From Dehalococcoidia bacterium (GTDB lineage: Bacteria; Chloroflexota; Dehalococcoidia; Lucifugimonadales; UBA3495): a stretch of 64,000 nucleotides of DNA. Positions 1 through 8,713 of the stretch are shown here, piece by piece. How positions within the stretch are numbered: position 1 is the first letter of the stretch; every line of letters begins with the position of its first letter. Made by a program: the position numbers and the translations under genes. Location of the stretch: positions 1,282,778 through 1,346,777 of the forward strand of contig OZ242042.1 of NCBI GenBank assembly GCA_965204905.1, read 5' to 3'. The notes below the pieces were generated by a model, which was not told where the DNA came from, did not search any database, and worked only from the letters and a program-made list of their open reading frames with translations.

Positions 1-967
1 GGTTGGCGACGATAGCATTATCCAAGTTACCAATGGTGAAGTGAAAGTCGTCATTGGCACCATCGATATCGCCATTTTTCCATTTGGCGACGCCCCGGTT
101 AGCGTAGGCCAGCGCATGCTGGGGGTTGAGCGTGATGGCGCGGTCGTAATCGGCGATGGCGCCGGCATGGTCGCCCTGATCGCTTTTGGCAATGCCCCGG
201 TTGTAATAGGCCAGAGCGTAGTCGGGGTTGAGTGCGATGGCTTGGTCGTAATCGGCGATGGCGCCGGCATGATCGCCCTGATCGCCTTTGGCAATGCCCC
301 GGTTGTTGTAGGCCAGAGCGTAGTCGGGGTTGAGTGCGATGGCTTGATCGTAATCGGCGATGGCGTCAGGTAGGTCGCCCTGATCGCTTTTGGCGATGCC
401 CCGGTTGTTGAACACCGTAGCATGGTCGGGATTGAGTGCGATGGCGTGGTCGAAATCGGCGATGGCGCCGGCATGGTCGCCCTGCTGTCGTTTGGCGTTG
501 CCCCGATTGTTGTACGCCGTAACATGGTCAGGGTTGAGTGCGATGGCGTGGTCGAAATCGGCGATGGCGCCGGCATGGTCGCCCTGCTGTCGTTTGGCGT
601 TGCCCCGATTGTTGTACGCCGTAACATGGTCAGGGTTGAGTGCGATGGCGTGGTCGAAATCGGCGATGGCGTCGGGTAGGTTGCCCTGCTGTCGTTTGGC
701 GTTGCCCCGGTTGTAGTAGGCTAGAGCGTAGTCGGGGTTGAGGGCGATGGCTTGGTCGAAATCGGCGATGGCGTCGGGTAGGTCGCCCTGCTGTCGTTTG
801 GCGTTGCCCCGGTGTGAGTAGGCCGGCGCGTATTCAGGATCGAGCGCGATGGCTTGGTCGTAATCGGCAATGGCGCCAGCGTAGTCGTCCTCGTCGGCTT
901 TGGCATAGCCTTGGTTCACCAAGCGTTCGACTTGTTGCTGAATTTCTGACTGATTCTGATCTGGCAT
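1..967 (-). CDS. TPR (tetratricopeptide) repeat protein, partial; C-terminus runs off the left edge of the window
   Basis: Absent from the ORF track because no stop is reached. Own translation from ATG 967..965 (GGAGG 8 nt upstream) gives MPDQNQSEIQQQVERLVNQGYAKADEDDYAGAIADYDQAIALDPEYAPAYSHRGNAK..., then at least 8 units of 34 aa (AIADxDxAIALNPDxAxAYxNRGxAKxxQGD), open to nt 1. Confidence 0.85.
   Translation of the reverse strand, partial: MPDQNQSEIQQQVERLVNQGYAKADEDDYAGAIADYDQAIALDPEYAPAYSHRGNAKRQQGDLPDAIADFDQAIALNPDYALAYYNRGNAKRQQGNLPDAIADFDHAIALNPDHVTAYNNRGNAKRQQGDHAGAIADFDHAIALNPDHVTAYNNRGNAKRQQGDHAGAIADFDHAIALNPDHATVFNNRGIAKSDQGDLPDAIADYDQAIALNPDYALAYNNRGIAKGDQGDHAGAIADYDQAIALNPDYALAYYNRGIAKSDQGDHAGAIADYDRAITLNPQHALAYANRGVAKWKNGDIDGANDDFHFTIGNLDNAIVAN
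434..637. repeat. perfect 102-bp tandem duplication (2 copies, identity continues about 33 nt into a third) inside the TPR gene
   Basis: 434-535 is identical to 536-637. The unit length equals one 34-aa TPR unit. Confidence 0.9.
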
Positions 968-1065
968 AGTCGCCTCCGTTCATAGCGCTGCATAGCTACC
1001 TAACTCAGCCTATTGCAGGGTATCAATGCAGCGGCGGGACATTGGCATAGCCTAAGTCCTCTCGA

Positions 1066-2310
1066 CTACCCCATCGCATTAACGTTCGCCATCCCCAGCC
1101 GGAACTGCCCCAAGTTGTCGTAGGCGCTGGTGTTGACCATGAAGTGTTGCGCGGCGGCGTTGATGTCCCTCATGCACCGTTGCAGGACGCGGTCGTTGTA
1201 AATCGCGCTGCCACCGCCGTATCGAAACGCCGTCGTCGTAACCTGGCATGCCACGTCCGTGGCGTACACGCATGCGCCCCGCAGCCTCAACTGCCGCTCC
1301 AGGTCCGGCCGTTCCTCGCGCAGGCAGAACTCCCATGCGTCCTCCAACGCCTCCCGGCACAGCGCTCGGGCCGCTCTGAGTTGCTGGTCGCATTTGCCCA
1401 GATCATGCTGTAGCGCGCCCCGCAGGCCGATTGGCGATGCCAGGTAGCCTCGCTGGTACGATCCTGCCTGTAGCGCAATCTCGTCCAGCGCCCGCCTCGC
1501 CACGCCCAGCGCGAAAGCCGCGTGGTCGGGCGTAACAAACCCGGGCCTCCCCATCCAGAACATCGGCCCTCCCTTTCGTGGGTCGGTGGTCGGCAGGTCG
1601 AACGCCAACTCCTCTGGAACGAAATAGTCCGTTAGCACGAAGTCGCGACTACCCGTGCCTTGCAGCCCCATCACCTGCCAGTTGTTCAGAAATTGAACAT
1701 CCTCCACCGGGCAGGCCATAATCATGTGCTCCGGCCCCGGTTCGTCGTCCCGCACAATGCGAAACCCGGCTAGCAGCCAGGAGGAATGCGCGGAACCGCT
1801 GGCGAACGGCCACCGTCCACTGACCCTCCACCCGCCTTCCACCGGCGTCGCCAGACCTCGGGGTATCAGCGCCCCCGATGCTATGGGCATCCGGTCGCCT
1901 GGGAATATCCGCTCCACGCCTGCGTCGGGAATAAATGCCCCGCACAGGGCGGTGCTGGTGCTGTTGATGAACGCGCACCATCCCGCCGAAGTGTTGATGT
2001 ACGAAAGCTCGTCGATCAGCTCCAGGTACAGGAGCGGGTCCACTTCCGGCCCACCCAATTCCCGTGGCACCTTCAACGACAGCAACCCCTCGCGATACAG
2101 CGCTTCCACCGACGACCACTCCAGCGTTTCGCCGGTATCGTTGGCCTCGGCGTCGGCTTCCAATACGGGCCGGATGCGGGCAATGGCATCCAGCAGGTCG
2201 CGGCGTAGCTCTTCCCGTTCGGCGGGCAACTGCGGGATGCCGAGCTCTTCCAGCGCAGTTACATCAAACGGATGGATCGCCTCCGTGGAGTCGGGGACAG
2301 CGGCGGTCAT
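1066..2310 (-). CDS. acyl-CoA dehydrogenase-fold flavoprotein (ACAD family / group D flavin monooxygenase-like)
   Basis: 414-aa ORF. It has an ACAD-like N-terminal domain (LYREGLLSLKVPRELGG), a beta-domain motif GLQGTGSRDF and a helical C-terminal domain. Its start overlaps the upstream gene stop by 4 nt. Confidence 0.75.
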   Translation of the reverse strand: MTAAVPDSTEAIHPFDVTALEELGIPQLPAEREELRRDLLDAIARIRPVLEADAEANDTGETLEWSSVEALYREGLLSLKVPRELGGPEVDPLLYLELIDELSYINTSAGWCAFINSTSTALCGAFIPDAGVERIFPGDRMPIASGALIPRGLATPVEGGWRVSGRWPFASGSAHSSWLLAGFRIVRDDEPGPEHMIMACPVEDVQFLNNWQVMGLQGTGSRDFVLTDYFVPEELAFDLPTTDPRKGGPMFWMGRPGFVTPDHAAFALGVARRALDEIALQAGSYQRGYLASPIGLRGALQHDLGKCDQQLRAARALCREALEDAWEFCLREERPDLERQLRLRGACVYATDVACQVTTTAFRYGGGSAIYNDRVLQRCMRDINAAAQHFMVNTSAYDNLGQFRLGMANVNAMG

Positions 2311-2510
2311 GCAGCGGCCTCTTTGCTTCTTAGGGCTTGGATTTCATCGTCGGTGAGACCAAGCTGGTCTCGGAGTATCCGCAGTGCGATGCGACGGTCT
2401 TCATCATTGCCATCAAGGAGTTCGATTGCTGTTTCCTGCCGTAGGCGGGCAAACTCGGGATCTCGGTTTGCCCTATCTCTAACATAATCATCATGTCTGA
2501 TAAGGGCCAT
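2307..2510 (-). CDS. short antitoxin-like protein (N-terminal DPEF-type region of HigA/antidote family, no HTH domain)
   Basis: 67-aa ORF with a strong SD (AAGGAGGG) 12 nt after the toxin remnant. IRHDDYVRDRANRDPEFARL resembles the N-terminus of addiction-module antidote proteins, but the XRE-type HTH is missing. Confidence 0.45.
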   Translation of the reverse strand: MALIRHDDYVRDRANRDPEFARLRQETAIELLDGNDEDRRIALRILRDQLGLTDDEIQALRSKEAAA

Positions 2511-2522
2511 GGTTTCCCTCCT

Positions 2523-2824
2523 TTATGCGTAGCGTTCATAGAGGCGCCGTGCTCTGGAGATGTCCGAACGTTGTTGGGTGGACTTGTCTCCGGCAGTCAA
2601 GAGCAACACTAGCCTATTGCCCTGCCGACAGAAATACAGTCTGATGCCCGGCCCCTGCCCATCAAACGACGCTCGAATACTCCCGGTACGCCGGCAACAG
2701 GTTTGTAGTCTCCCCAATTCCCTTCTGCCATACGGTCAATCACGCTGAGGACTCGGTTAGCGGTAGTTGAATCCAGCCCGTCCAGCCACTCGCTGAATTC
2801 GGGTGTTTGCTGAATCTCATACAT
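2523..2824 (-). pseudogene. frameshifted addiction-module killer protein (RelE/ParE superfamily, TIGR02683-like)
   Basis: The N-terminal half (MYEIQQTPEFSEWLDGLD...GDYKPVAGVPGVFE) is in one frame (ORF 2609..2824). The C-terminal half (FDGQGPGIRLYFCRQGNRLVLLLTAGDKSTQQRSDISRARRLYERY) is in another (ORF 2523..2717). The switch lies at about 2667-2671. The intact paralog at 60590..60883 shows the expected colinear sequence. Confidence 0.7.
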
Positions 2825-2829
2825 CGCGG

Positions 2830-3972
2830 CTAGACGCCCGTGGGCGTCTTCTCTATCTCCTCCATCAGCGCGTCCAGCATCTCGGCCTCTGCCACCACGC
2901 GCACCTTCTCCCCCTTGCGGAAGATAATGGCCCGGCCCGCGCCGGCGGCGATCCCCACGTCCGCGTCCTTGGCCTCACCCGGCCCGTTGACCTCGCAGCC
3001 CATCACGGCGACCTTGACGTTCTTGTCCGTCCCTTTCAGCAGCGCGTCCACGTCGTTGGCCAGCTTGCGTATGTCCACGTCCGCGCGGCCACAACTGGGG
3101 CAGGCCACCATTACCGCGCCCTTGTCCCGCAGGTTCAACGATTTCAGAATCTCGTACCCCGCGATCACTTCCTCCACGCTGTCATCGCTCAACGACACCC
3201 TGATGGTATCGCCGATCCCCTCGTACAGCAGCACACCCAGGCCCACGGCAGTACGGATCGAACCGGACTTGGCGGTGCCCGCCTCGGTAATGCCCAGATG
3301 CAGCGGGTACGGGACCATCTCGCTGAGCTGCCGATAGGCTTCCACGGTGGTCGGGACGTCAAAGGCTTTCATGGAGATTTTGATCTGCTCAAAGTCCTGC
3401 TCTTCCAGCAGGCTGATTTCCCACAGCGCGGTCGCGACCATGTGGTCAACCACGCTGTAATCGCCTTCCTGGGCCTCGCCCGCCTTGGGCAACTGGTTCA
3501 CCAGGTCCATGTGCCGCGAGAACCCTCGCGTCCGACCGATGCCTCCCACCGGCGGCAGGCTGCCGAAGTTCACGCCGATCCTGATGGGGATGTTCCGCTC
3601 TTTGGCCGTCTTCACCACCTCGCGCACCTGGTCCTCGTTCCGCAGGTTCCCTGGATTCAGACGCAGGCAATCCACTCCGCCGGCCGCGCACTCCAAAGCC
3701 AGTTGATAGTGGAAGTGTATGTCGGCAATCAGCGGGATGTTGATCTGCTTCTTGATTTCCGCCATCGCCTTGGCGGCTTCCATGTCCGGCACTGCCGAGC
3801 GGATGATCTCGCAGCCCGCCTCTTCCAGCTCGTGAATCTGCCGCACCGTGGCCCTGACGTCGCGGGTGTCCGTCTTGGTCATCGACTGCACCGTGATGTC
3901 GGCTCCGCCGCCGACCTTGACGCCGCCTACGTACACCGGCTTGGTAACGCGCCGCTTGGTCATCGTCATCAT
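2830..3972 (-). CDS. ispG: 4-hydroxy-3-methylbut-2-en-1-yl diphosphate synthase (flavodoxin), MEP pathway
   Basis: 380-aa ORF with a typical GcpE sequence (VYVGGVKVGGGADITVQSMTKTDTRDV, CPSCGR). Confidence 0.95.
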   Translation of the reverse strand: MMTMTKRRVTKPVYVGGVKVGGGADITVQSMTKTDTRDVRATVRQIHELEEAGCEIIRSAVPDMEAAKAMAEIKKQINIPLIADIHFHYQLALECAAGGVDCLRLNPGNLRNEDQVREVVKTAKERNIPIRIGVNFGSLPPVGGIGRTRGFSRHMDLVNQLPKAGEAQEGDYSVVDHMVATALWEISLLEEQDFEQIKISMKAFDVPTTVEAYRQLSEMVPYPLHLGITEAGTAKSGSIRTAVGLGVLLYEGIGDTIRVSLSDDSVEEVIAGYEILKSLNLRDKGAVMVACPSCGRADVDIRKLANDVDALLKGTDKNVKVAVMGCEVNGPGEAKDADVGIAAGAGRAIIFRKGEKVRVVAEAEMLDALMEEIEKTPTGV

Positions 3973-4432
3973 CGCACCGCCATTCGGGGTTGTGGGACGC
4001 TATCGTTGCTATTGTCCGCAATCATACATGATAGCCCGTTCCCCTTACCACCAGGCCGCCGCTCATCACAGCGCAATCTTGCCTTGACACGGACAATTAT
4101 TACCCGTGGTTGCCAGTTCTTGCGGTAATATATGTCCTTCATACCTCGTAGCGGCGATTGCGCCTCCCACACGCTTGGCTTCCAATCCTGAGAATCTCCT
4201 GATACGGCAAATCTTGAGCGGACGAGCCGGTTACAGGCCCATGCAACCGTTACAGCCGCAGTAGAAACCATGCCCGATTTATATGGTTGGCGATGGTGCT
4301 GGCCCGGTGCCGGCCCGTCGCTATCCTACACGCCCGAGTATTCGGAAGTGCGTGGGTGCACAGCGCGCGAAAGTACACGGCTATGCGTTCGTGCGCGGTG
4401 ACATGCGGGTGTCCGGTGATGTAAGCGGCTCA

Positions 4433-4729
4433 ATGAGCATACGTCGTTTCATCATTTTCTTGACGGCGTTGGCCCTCGTGCTAGGAGTATCGCTGTGGTG
4501 CTTCGACTATTGCGATAGACACAGATGGGAGGATCCACCGACAGACTCCGATGACATCATCTGTGGGCGAATGCCGGTCGCGGGACTGGACTACCTGAGC
4601 TGTAAAAATCCGGAAACCGGTGAGTGGGAGGATTACCTGCCGAAAACGCCTTTGCCAGATTGGGCTAGCCATTGCCGAGAAGAAGTTCGACAGGACGGGA
4701 ATATTTGCTATAAATCCGGTTCCCGGTAG
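4433..4729 (+). CDS. hypothetical small Cys-rich membrane-anchored or secreted protein
   Basis: Internal ATG of ORF 4283..4729 followed by a signal-anchor (MSIRRFIIFLTALALVLGVSLW) and 6 further Cys. No family recognised and the SD is weak. Confidence 0.3.
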   Translation: MSIRRFIIFLTALALVLGVSLWCFDYCDRHRWEDPPTDSDDIICGRMPVAGLDYLSCKNPETGEWEDYLPKTPLPDWASHCREEVRQDGNICYKSGSR

Positions 4730-4874
4730 GCTCCCCTTTCTCCCTCAGAGTGGGGCAAGGAGAGTTCACTTTGGCGCGAGTCGTGATCCGTCGGTGGCAA
4801 TTCCAGCGAAAAATACTAACCGCATGGAGTTGCAGCGTGCCCGGGGCCTTTCGGTTTTCAAAACCCTACCCGCC

Positions 4875-4932
4875 ATCCCCGCGCGGGAAAAGCCTGCCCC
4901 GCGCTCGATACGGGGTCCGGAATAACGGGAAT
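4875..4932. repeat. composite palindromic element (CCCGCG..GGGAA + AGCCTGCCCCGCGCTCGATACGGGG + CCGGAAT..GGGAAT)
   Basis: Shares the 25-nt core AGCCTGCCCCGYGCTCGAYACGGGG with 9113-9137 and arm motifs with the ATTCCSGC family. Confidence 0.7.
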
Positions 4933-5193
4933 AATCAAAAATCCCCCAACTACTGACACCCTCCCCTTGCAATACCGCACGCACGTTCTCTACACTGTAC
5001 TCCACATCGGTCGCCAAGCCCCTGGCCAGGGCCCAACGCCCGACACCGGCCAAATCCAAAATCGGGTCATCAGAGGTTCAGGATTCACGTTGCGCCCCCG
5101 GCGCAACACCACGGTCAAACCAAGTCGGATTTACATGCAACGCCGGCTCGCGCCTGAGGACGACCTATTCATCGTCATGGCCGAGACCGGTAC

Positions 5194-5223
5194 GGCGGGT
5201 GTCACCACCGCTCCGCGAGGGCC
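5194..5223. repeat. 30-nt repeat module GGCGGGTGTCACCACCGCYCCRCGAGGGCC
   Basis: 28/30 identical to the reverse complement of 59969-59998. Here it is fused directly to the CCCTCTCCC hairpin module. Confidence 0.8.
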
Positions 5224-5230
5224 GCAAGTC

Positions 5231-5265
5231 CCCTCTCCCCTGGCGGGAGAGGGTTAGGGTGAGGG
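5231..5265. repeat. hairpin repeat CCCTCTCCC-loop-GGGAGAGG-nTnGGGTGAGGG
   Basis: Stem 5232-5239 / 5245-5252. Same architecture in inverse orientation at 15984-16018. Confidence 0.8.
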
Positions 5266-5607
5266 GGAAATCCCTCATCGACCAATACGGTCAGCACGCG
5301 GAAGTCTAGGACGCAATATCGCATACCACGCTCTGGCCGTAGCGCCGACGATTCTGAACCTCGCCGACCCGAATCAATCATCAATAATCCAGCAACTAGG
5401 AGAACCCAGAAAAAAGAAAACCGCGCAACCGTCAAACCAGGAGCGTTAATCCACAATGGGGACCGTCCCGTACCATCGCCACAAGGCCGACGAGCTTCTG
5501 AACCGTGCCGACTGCGCCATCGCCTTGCGCGATCCGCTCATCCTGAGCTCGTCGAAGGAGGCCGTCTCCGCACCCGGCTTTTTTGCACTCTCAAACCGGC
5601 ATTGGAG

Positions 5608-5613
5608 TATAAT
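5608..5613 (+). promoter_or_regulatory. candidate -10 box (TATAAT) upstream of the xdhC-like gene
   Basis: Perfect TATAAT 45 nt upstream of the GTG start at 5659. The -35 is only weak (TTGCAC at 19-nt spacing). Confidence 0.35.
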
Positions 5614-5658
5614 GGTATGTGTTAGCCCCGCCGAATCAGGTTTCAGGCAGGTGATGTC

Positions 5659-6795
5659 GTGCGTGAAGTAATCCAGGAAGCCGTTAATCAACTGGACTCG
5701 GGGAGCCCTTGCGTCCTCGCTACTGTGGTTCGCACCAAGGGGTCAACCCCCCAAAAGGCCGGCGCAATGCTCCTCGTGCGCGAGGACGGCACTGCCGTGG
5801 GCACGCTGGGTGGCGGCTGTGTCGAAGGCGACATCTGGTTTGCCGCTCGCGAAATCCTGCGCAACCACGGCGAGCCGGAGTTCAAGGACTACTACCTCAA
5901 CGAGGACATTGCCGCCCGCGATGGCTTGGTCTGTGGCGGCACCATGTACTTCTACCTGGAACCCTTCTGGGACACCGATGACTTTACCGACATCGGCAAC
6001 GAACTCATCGGAGCCTACGACGGCGCAGAGCCGGCCGCCCTGGCTACTATCGTAAGGTCCGACGGCGATACCGCTGCGTTGGGAGCCAAGTTGCTGCTCC
6101 GCTCTGACGGCTCCATCGTCGGCGGCATCGGAACCGCCGAACTCGATGAAATGGCTCTTGAAGTCGCCTCCCGTGTCGCCGCCGTCGGCGCCAACGAATC
6201 GGTCGCCATCGACGACCAAACCGAGCTGTTTGTGGAGGGTTTCACCACTCCGCCCACCCTGGTCATGGTCGGTGGCGGGCATGTTGGCAAAGCCACCGCT
6301 GATCTCGCCCATCGCCTCGGGTACCGGGTGTACATAATCGACGACCGCGAGGATTTCTCCAACTCCGAGCGTTTTCCCTACGCCGAGGAAACCATCGTCA
6401 CTCCCTACACCAACTGGGCCGAACACCTGGACATCAACGTCAACAGCTTTATCGTTGTCGCGTCCCGCGGCCACTGGTTCGACGACGTGGCCCTGGAATC
6501 GGCCCTGACTACTCGCGCCCGCTACATCGGCCTGCTGGGTAGCCGCCGCAAGACCCTGATGATCTACCAGCGTCTGCTCCAGGAAGGCCTCCCCCGTGAA
6601 CGACTCGCCGAGGTGCGCGCCCCCATCGGCCTCGACATCGGCGCTCTCGAACCCGAGGAACTGGCCGTCAGCATCATGTCCGAGATCATCATGGCTCGTC
6701 GCGGCGGCAAGGGCAGCCCCATGACCATGGATGATTGGTACTTGGAACGCGCCGAGCGCCGGGCTAACCGTGCCATGGGACTGCCGGCAGACTGA
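5659..6795 (+). CDS. XdhC/CoxI-family molybdenum-enzyme maturation chaperone
   Basis: 378-aa ORF. N-terminal XdhC_CoxI motif (LATVVRTKGSTPQKAGAMLLVREDGTAVGTLGGGCVE) and a C-terminal Rossmann domain (LVMVGGGHVGKA). Confidence 0.85.
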   Translation: MREVIQEAVNQLDSGSPCVLATVVRTKGSTPQKAGAMLLVREDGTAVGTLGGGCVEGDIWFAAREILRNHGEPEFKDYYLNEDIAARDGLVCGGTMYFYLEPFWDTDDFTDIGNELIGAYDGAEPAALATIVRSDGDTAALGAKLLLRSDGSIVGGIGTAELDEMALEVASRVAAVGANESVAIDDQTELFVEGFTTPPTLVMVGGGHVGKATADLAHRLGYRVYIIDDREDFSNSERFPYAEETIVTPYTNWAEHLDINVNSFIVVASRGHWFDDVALESALTTRARYIGLLGSRRKTLMIYQRLLQEGLPRERLAEVRAPIGLDIGALEPEELAVSIMSEIIMARRGGKGSPMTMDDWYLERAERRANRAMGLPAD

Positions 6796-6837
6796 CCCTC
6801 AGTTTGGGTTAGCTAACGCGACTATTAGTTTCACCTC

Positions 6838-7110
6838 ATGGATCCGCAGGACGAATACGCCGAAATGCCCGAGGACATGCAGGAGTTTCTGCGTGAGTTG
6901 AGGGAGGACCCGGACGCGCTTTCCCTGATGCGGTCCCTCTGCATCATACCCGACGTCCGGGACCTGAGCTACGATCTCCGACGCGCGAACCTGTCCCCCG
7001 ATTCGATGGTGCAACGGATCATTTACGACGTCATTGACGATGTAACCTTTCGCGACCAGTTCGTGGATCTGCTGTTTCGCGACTACATCCCTCCGGAACC
7101 CGAGTCCTGA
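6838..7110 (+). CDS. hypothetical small acidic protein
   Basis: 90-aa ORF between xdhC-like and mocA-like genes on the same strand. Third codon positions are GC-rich. No SD and no family recognised. Confidence 0.4.
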   Translation: MDPQDEYAEMPEDMQEFLRELREDPDALSLMRSLCIIPDVRDLSYDLRRANLSPDSMVQRIIYDVIDDVTFRDQFVDLLFRDYIPPEPES

Positions 7111-7148
7111 CTAGAGCGCCCGTTTGCGAAAGCCAACCGGGCCCGCCA

Positions 7149-7835
7149 GTGCTGGAACATCCGATAATGCCGACGCGCGAACTCGTGGGAAACTCCAACG
7201 AACCGCAATTCACGTCCGCCATACTCCTCGCCGCCGGAGTATCCCGCCGCATGGGGACGCTGAAAGCGCTCCTGGATTGGCAGGGCCGTCCCCTCATCAT
7301 GCACCAAATCGTCGCTCTCCGCGAGGCCGGCGCAGACGAGGTAGTCGTGGTGCTGGGCCACCGCGCCGACGAGCTTCAGGCCCGCATCGGGGCCAACCGC
7401 GACGTGTATTCCGTAGGCAACGTGCGGTGCGTCGTCAACTCGCACTATGCTGAGGGCAAAACCACGTCAATCAAAACCGGGTTGCGAGGCATTTCGACCG
7501 ACCCGGACCACCGGGGCCCAATCCTCATGCTCAACGTGGATCAACCCCGCAGCGCAACCGTGATCCGGCAAGTTCTCGCAGCCCATGGCGAAGGCGACGC
7601 TCTGATTACTATCCCCACCTGTGGCGGAAAAGGGGGACACCCCATCGTAGTCAGTAGAAGCTTGCATGGGGAAATGCTTGAAATCAGCGAGGCCACCCAG
7701 GGTATGCGCGCGGTTACTCAACGCCACCAGGGAGAGACGCAGCGCGTGGAACTGGAGGCCCCGGAACTGCTTTGGGACGTCAACACGCCCGAACAGTATC
7801 AAGCGGCGCTGGCCGAATCCAGGTCGGTCAAGTAG
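7149..7835 (+). CDS. MobA-like NTP transferase (molybdenum cofactor cytidylyl/guanylyltransferase, MocA-like)
   Basis: 228-aa ORF with the AILLAAGVSRRMGTLKALL glycine-rich NTP-transferase motif, in XdhC context. Confidence 0.8.
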   Translation: MLEHPIMPTRELVGNSNEPQFTSAILLAAGVSRRMGTLKALLDWQGRPLIMHQIVALREAGADEVVVVLGHRADELQARIGANRDVYSVGNVRCVVNSHYAEGKTTSIKTGLRGISTDPDHRGPILMLNVDQPRSATVIRQVLAAHGEGDALITIPTCGGKGGHPIVVSRSLHGEMLEISEATQGMRAVTQRHQGETQRVELEAPELLWDVNTPEQYQAALAESRSVK

Positions 7836-7861
7836 TCCGGCTTTCCCCACCGCACAAAGTT

Positions 7862-7910
7862 AGAGGCCGGAACCCGATAAACAGTCGGTGTTCCGGCCTC
7901 TCTTTTCTCC
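7862..7910 (+). terminator. rho-independent terminator after the mocA-like gene
   Basis: 12-bp perfect stem AGAGGCCGGAAC / GTTCCGGCCTCT (7862-7873 / 7890-7901) with 4 extra inner pairs, followed by CTTTTCTCC. Confidence 0.75.
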
Positions 7911-8227
7911 CATCGATGTTGCCGCTGGATCCGTCTGTGCCCGGTCCCTTCCGCCTTTTTCGGGAGCGCCTTGGCTGCGCTGCTTTCCGGCGGTTTGGCG
8001 TTGTCAGCGCCAATTGCGGCCCGCTCGATGCGGTTCCGCCCCTGTTGGCGGTGCCGCGGTGTCGTCACACTGCGTCGGCTCCGCCAACGGGGCGGTTACA
8101 AGGGAATTGCCAACTATGGTTCAGCGTTATCAGCGAAACCACTTCTAACCTCCTGTGATGACGACGGCGGTTTGCCATCGGGTTTCCGGTGTGTGGGGGT
8201 TCCCTGCAACCCCAGCACCTTGAATAC

Positions 8228-8256
8228 ATACTATAACGTATCGTGATGCTTGTCAA
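8228..8256 (-). promoter_or_regulatory. sigma70-like promoter on the minus strand with no obvious gene behind it
   Basis: Minus strand reads TTGACA (8256-8251), 17 nt, TAGTAT (8233-8228). TATAGT is also possible at 15-nt spacing. Confidence 0.4.
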
Positions 8257-8602
8257 CACCCATTGACGTGCAATTTTCAGGCGAATTTGCCGAAGCCATA
8301 ACCGCGCTCTTTTCACCCTTCTGTGACACCCTCCTCCTTGCCCCCACGCGCCACCTGTCCATACCATATTTAACTATCTAACCGTCCTACTCCATCACGA
8401 TTAACCCATCCGCCCGCGCATGTAGCCTGCCGCCCGCTCATGGTGCGAAACGTCCGCCTTTGGAGGAAGCCTATCGAACCACTAGCCCGTCCAGTACCCG
8501 CCCCCAAAACCTCCCACCGGCCCGCCAAAACCGTCATTTTCATTCTCAAAACCGCCCAATCCGCCCCCATTCTGCCCCCATCACCGGCTCCCGGCCCTAC
8601 TC

Positions 8603-8630
8603 AAATGACCAGAAATGAGCGGAAATGAGC
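8603..8630 (+). promoter_or_regulatory. three direct repeats AAATGA(C/G)C phased at exactly 10 nt
   Basis: AAATGACC 8603-8610, AAATGAGC 8613-8620, AAATGAGC 8623-8630, about 100 nt upstream of the ATG at 8733. Confidence 0.35.
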
Positions 8631-8668
8631 GGGATTCCGCCAAATTCGCCACCATCCCGCCCCTCGCC

Positions 8669-8713
8669 GTCATTCCCGCACCCCCACCGTCATTCCCGCG
8701 AAAGCGGGAATCC
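8669..8713. repeat. ATTCCCGC-GAAA-GCGGGAAT palindromic element plus an upstream half-copy
   Basis: Half-site GTCATTCCCGC 8669-8679. Full hairpin 8692-8711. Confidence 0.8.

Noticed and set aside
41-906. Plus-strand ORFs 41..373, 390..716 and 422..679, and minus ORF 721..906, across the left end of the window
   Set aside because: They are alternative-frame or antisense shadows of the TPR gene. Their repetitive Gly/Val/Ala-rich peptides simply mirror the 102-bp periodicity. The minus-strand frame starting at 967 gives canonical TPR units with an SD.
2803-4128. 441-aa plus-strand ORF
   Set aside because: Antisense to ispG, whose identity is unambiguous. It has the Arg/His/Leu-rich composition typical of a high-GC antisense frame.
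4620-5691. Short ORFs 4620..4925, 4750..4956, 4766..5059, 4967..5257, 5202..5456, 5446..5691 and 5456..5671
   Set aside because: They run through repeat modules, giving peptides like KPAPRSIRGPE, GVTTAPRGP, NPLPPGERG and FDELRMSG, which are recurrent repeat translations. They overlap one another and lack SD sequences. I treat 4730-5658 as intergenic and repeat-rich.
7955-7995. SRP-RNA-like string on the minus strand (CCGGAAAGCAGCGCAGCCAAGGCGC, reminiscent of GGAAGGAAGCAGCCAAGG)
   Set aside because: The conserved domain IV pairing (CAGG...GGAA tetraloop...AGCAGCC symmetric loop) cannot be reconstructed, so the similarity is probably fortuitous.
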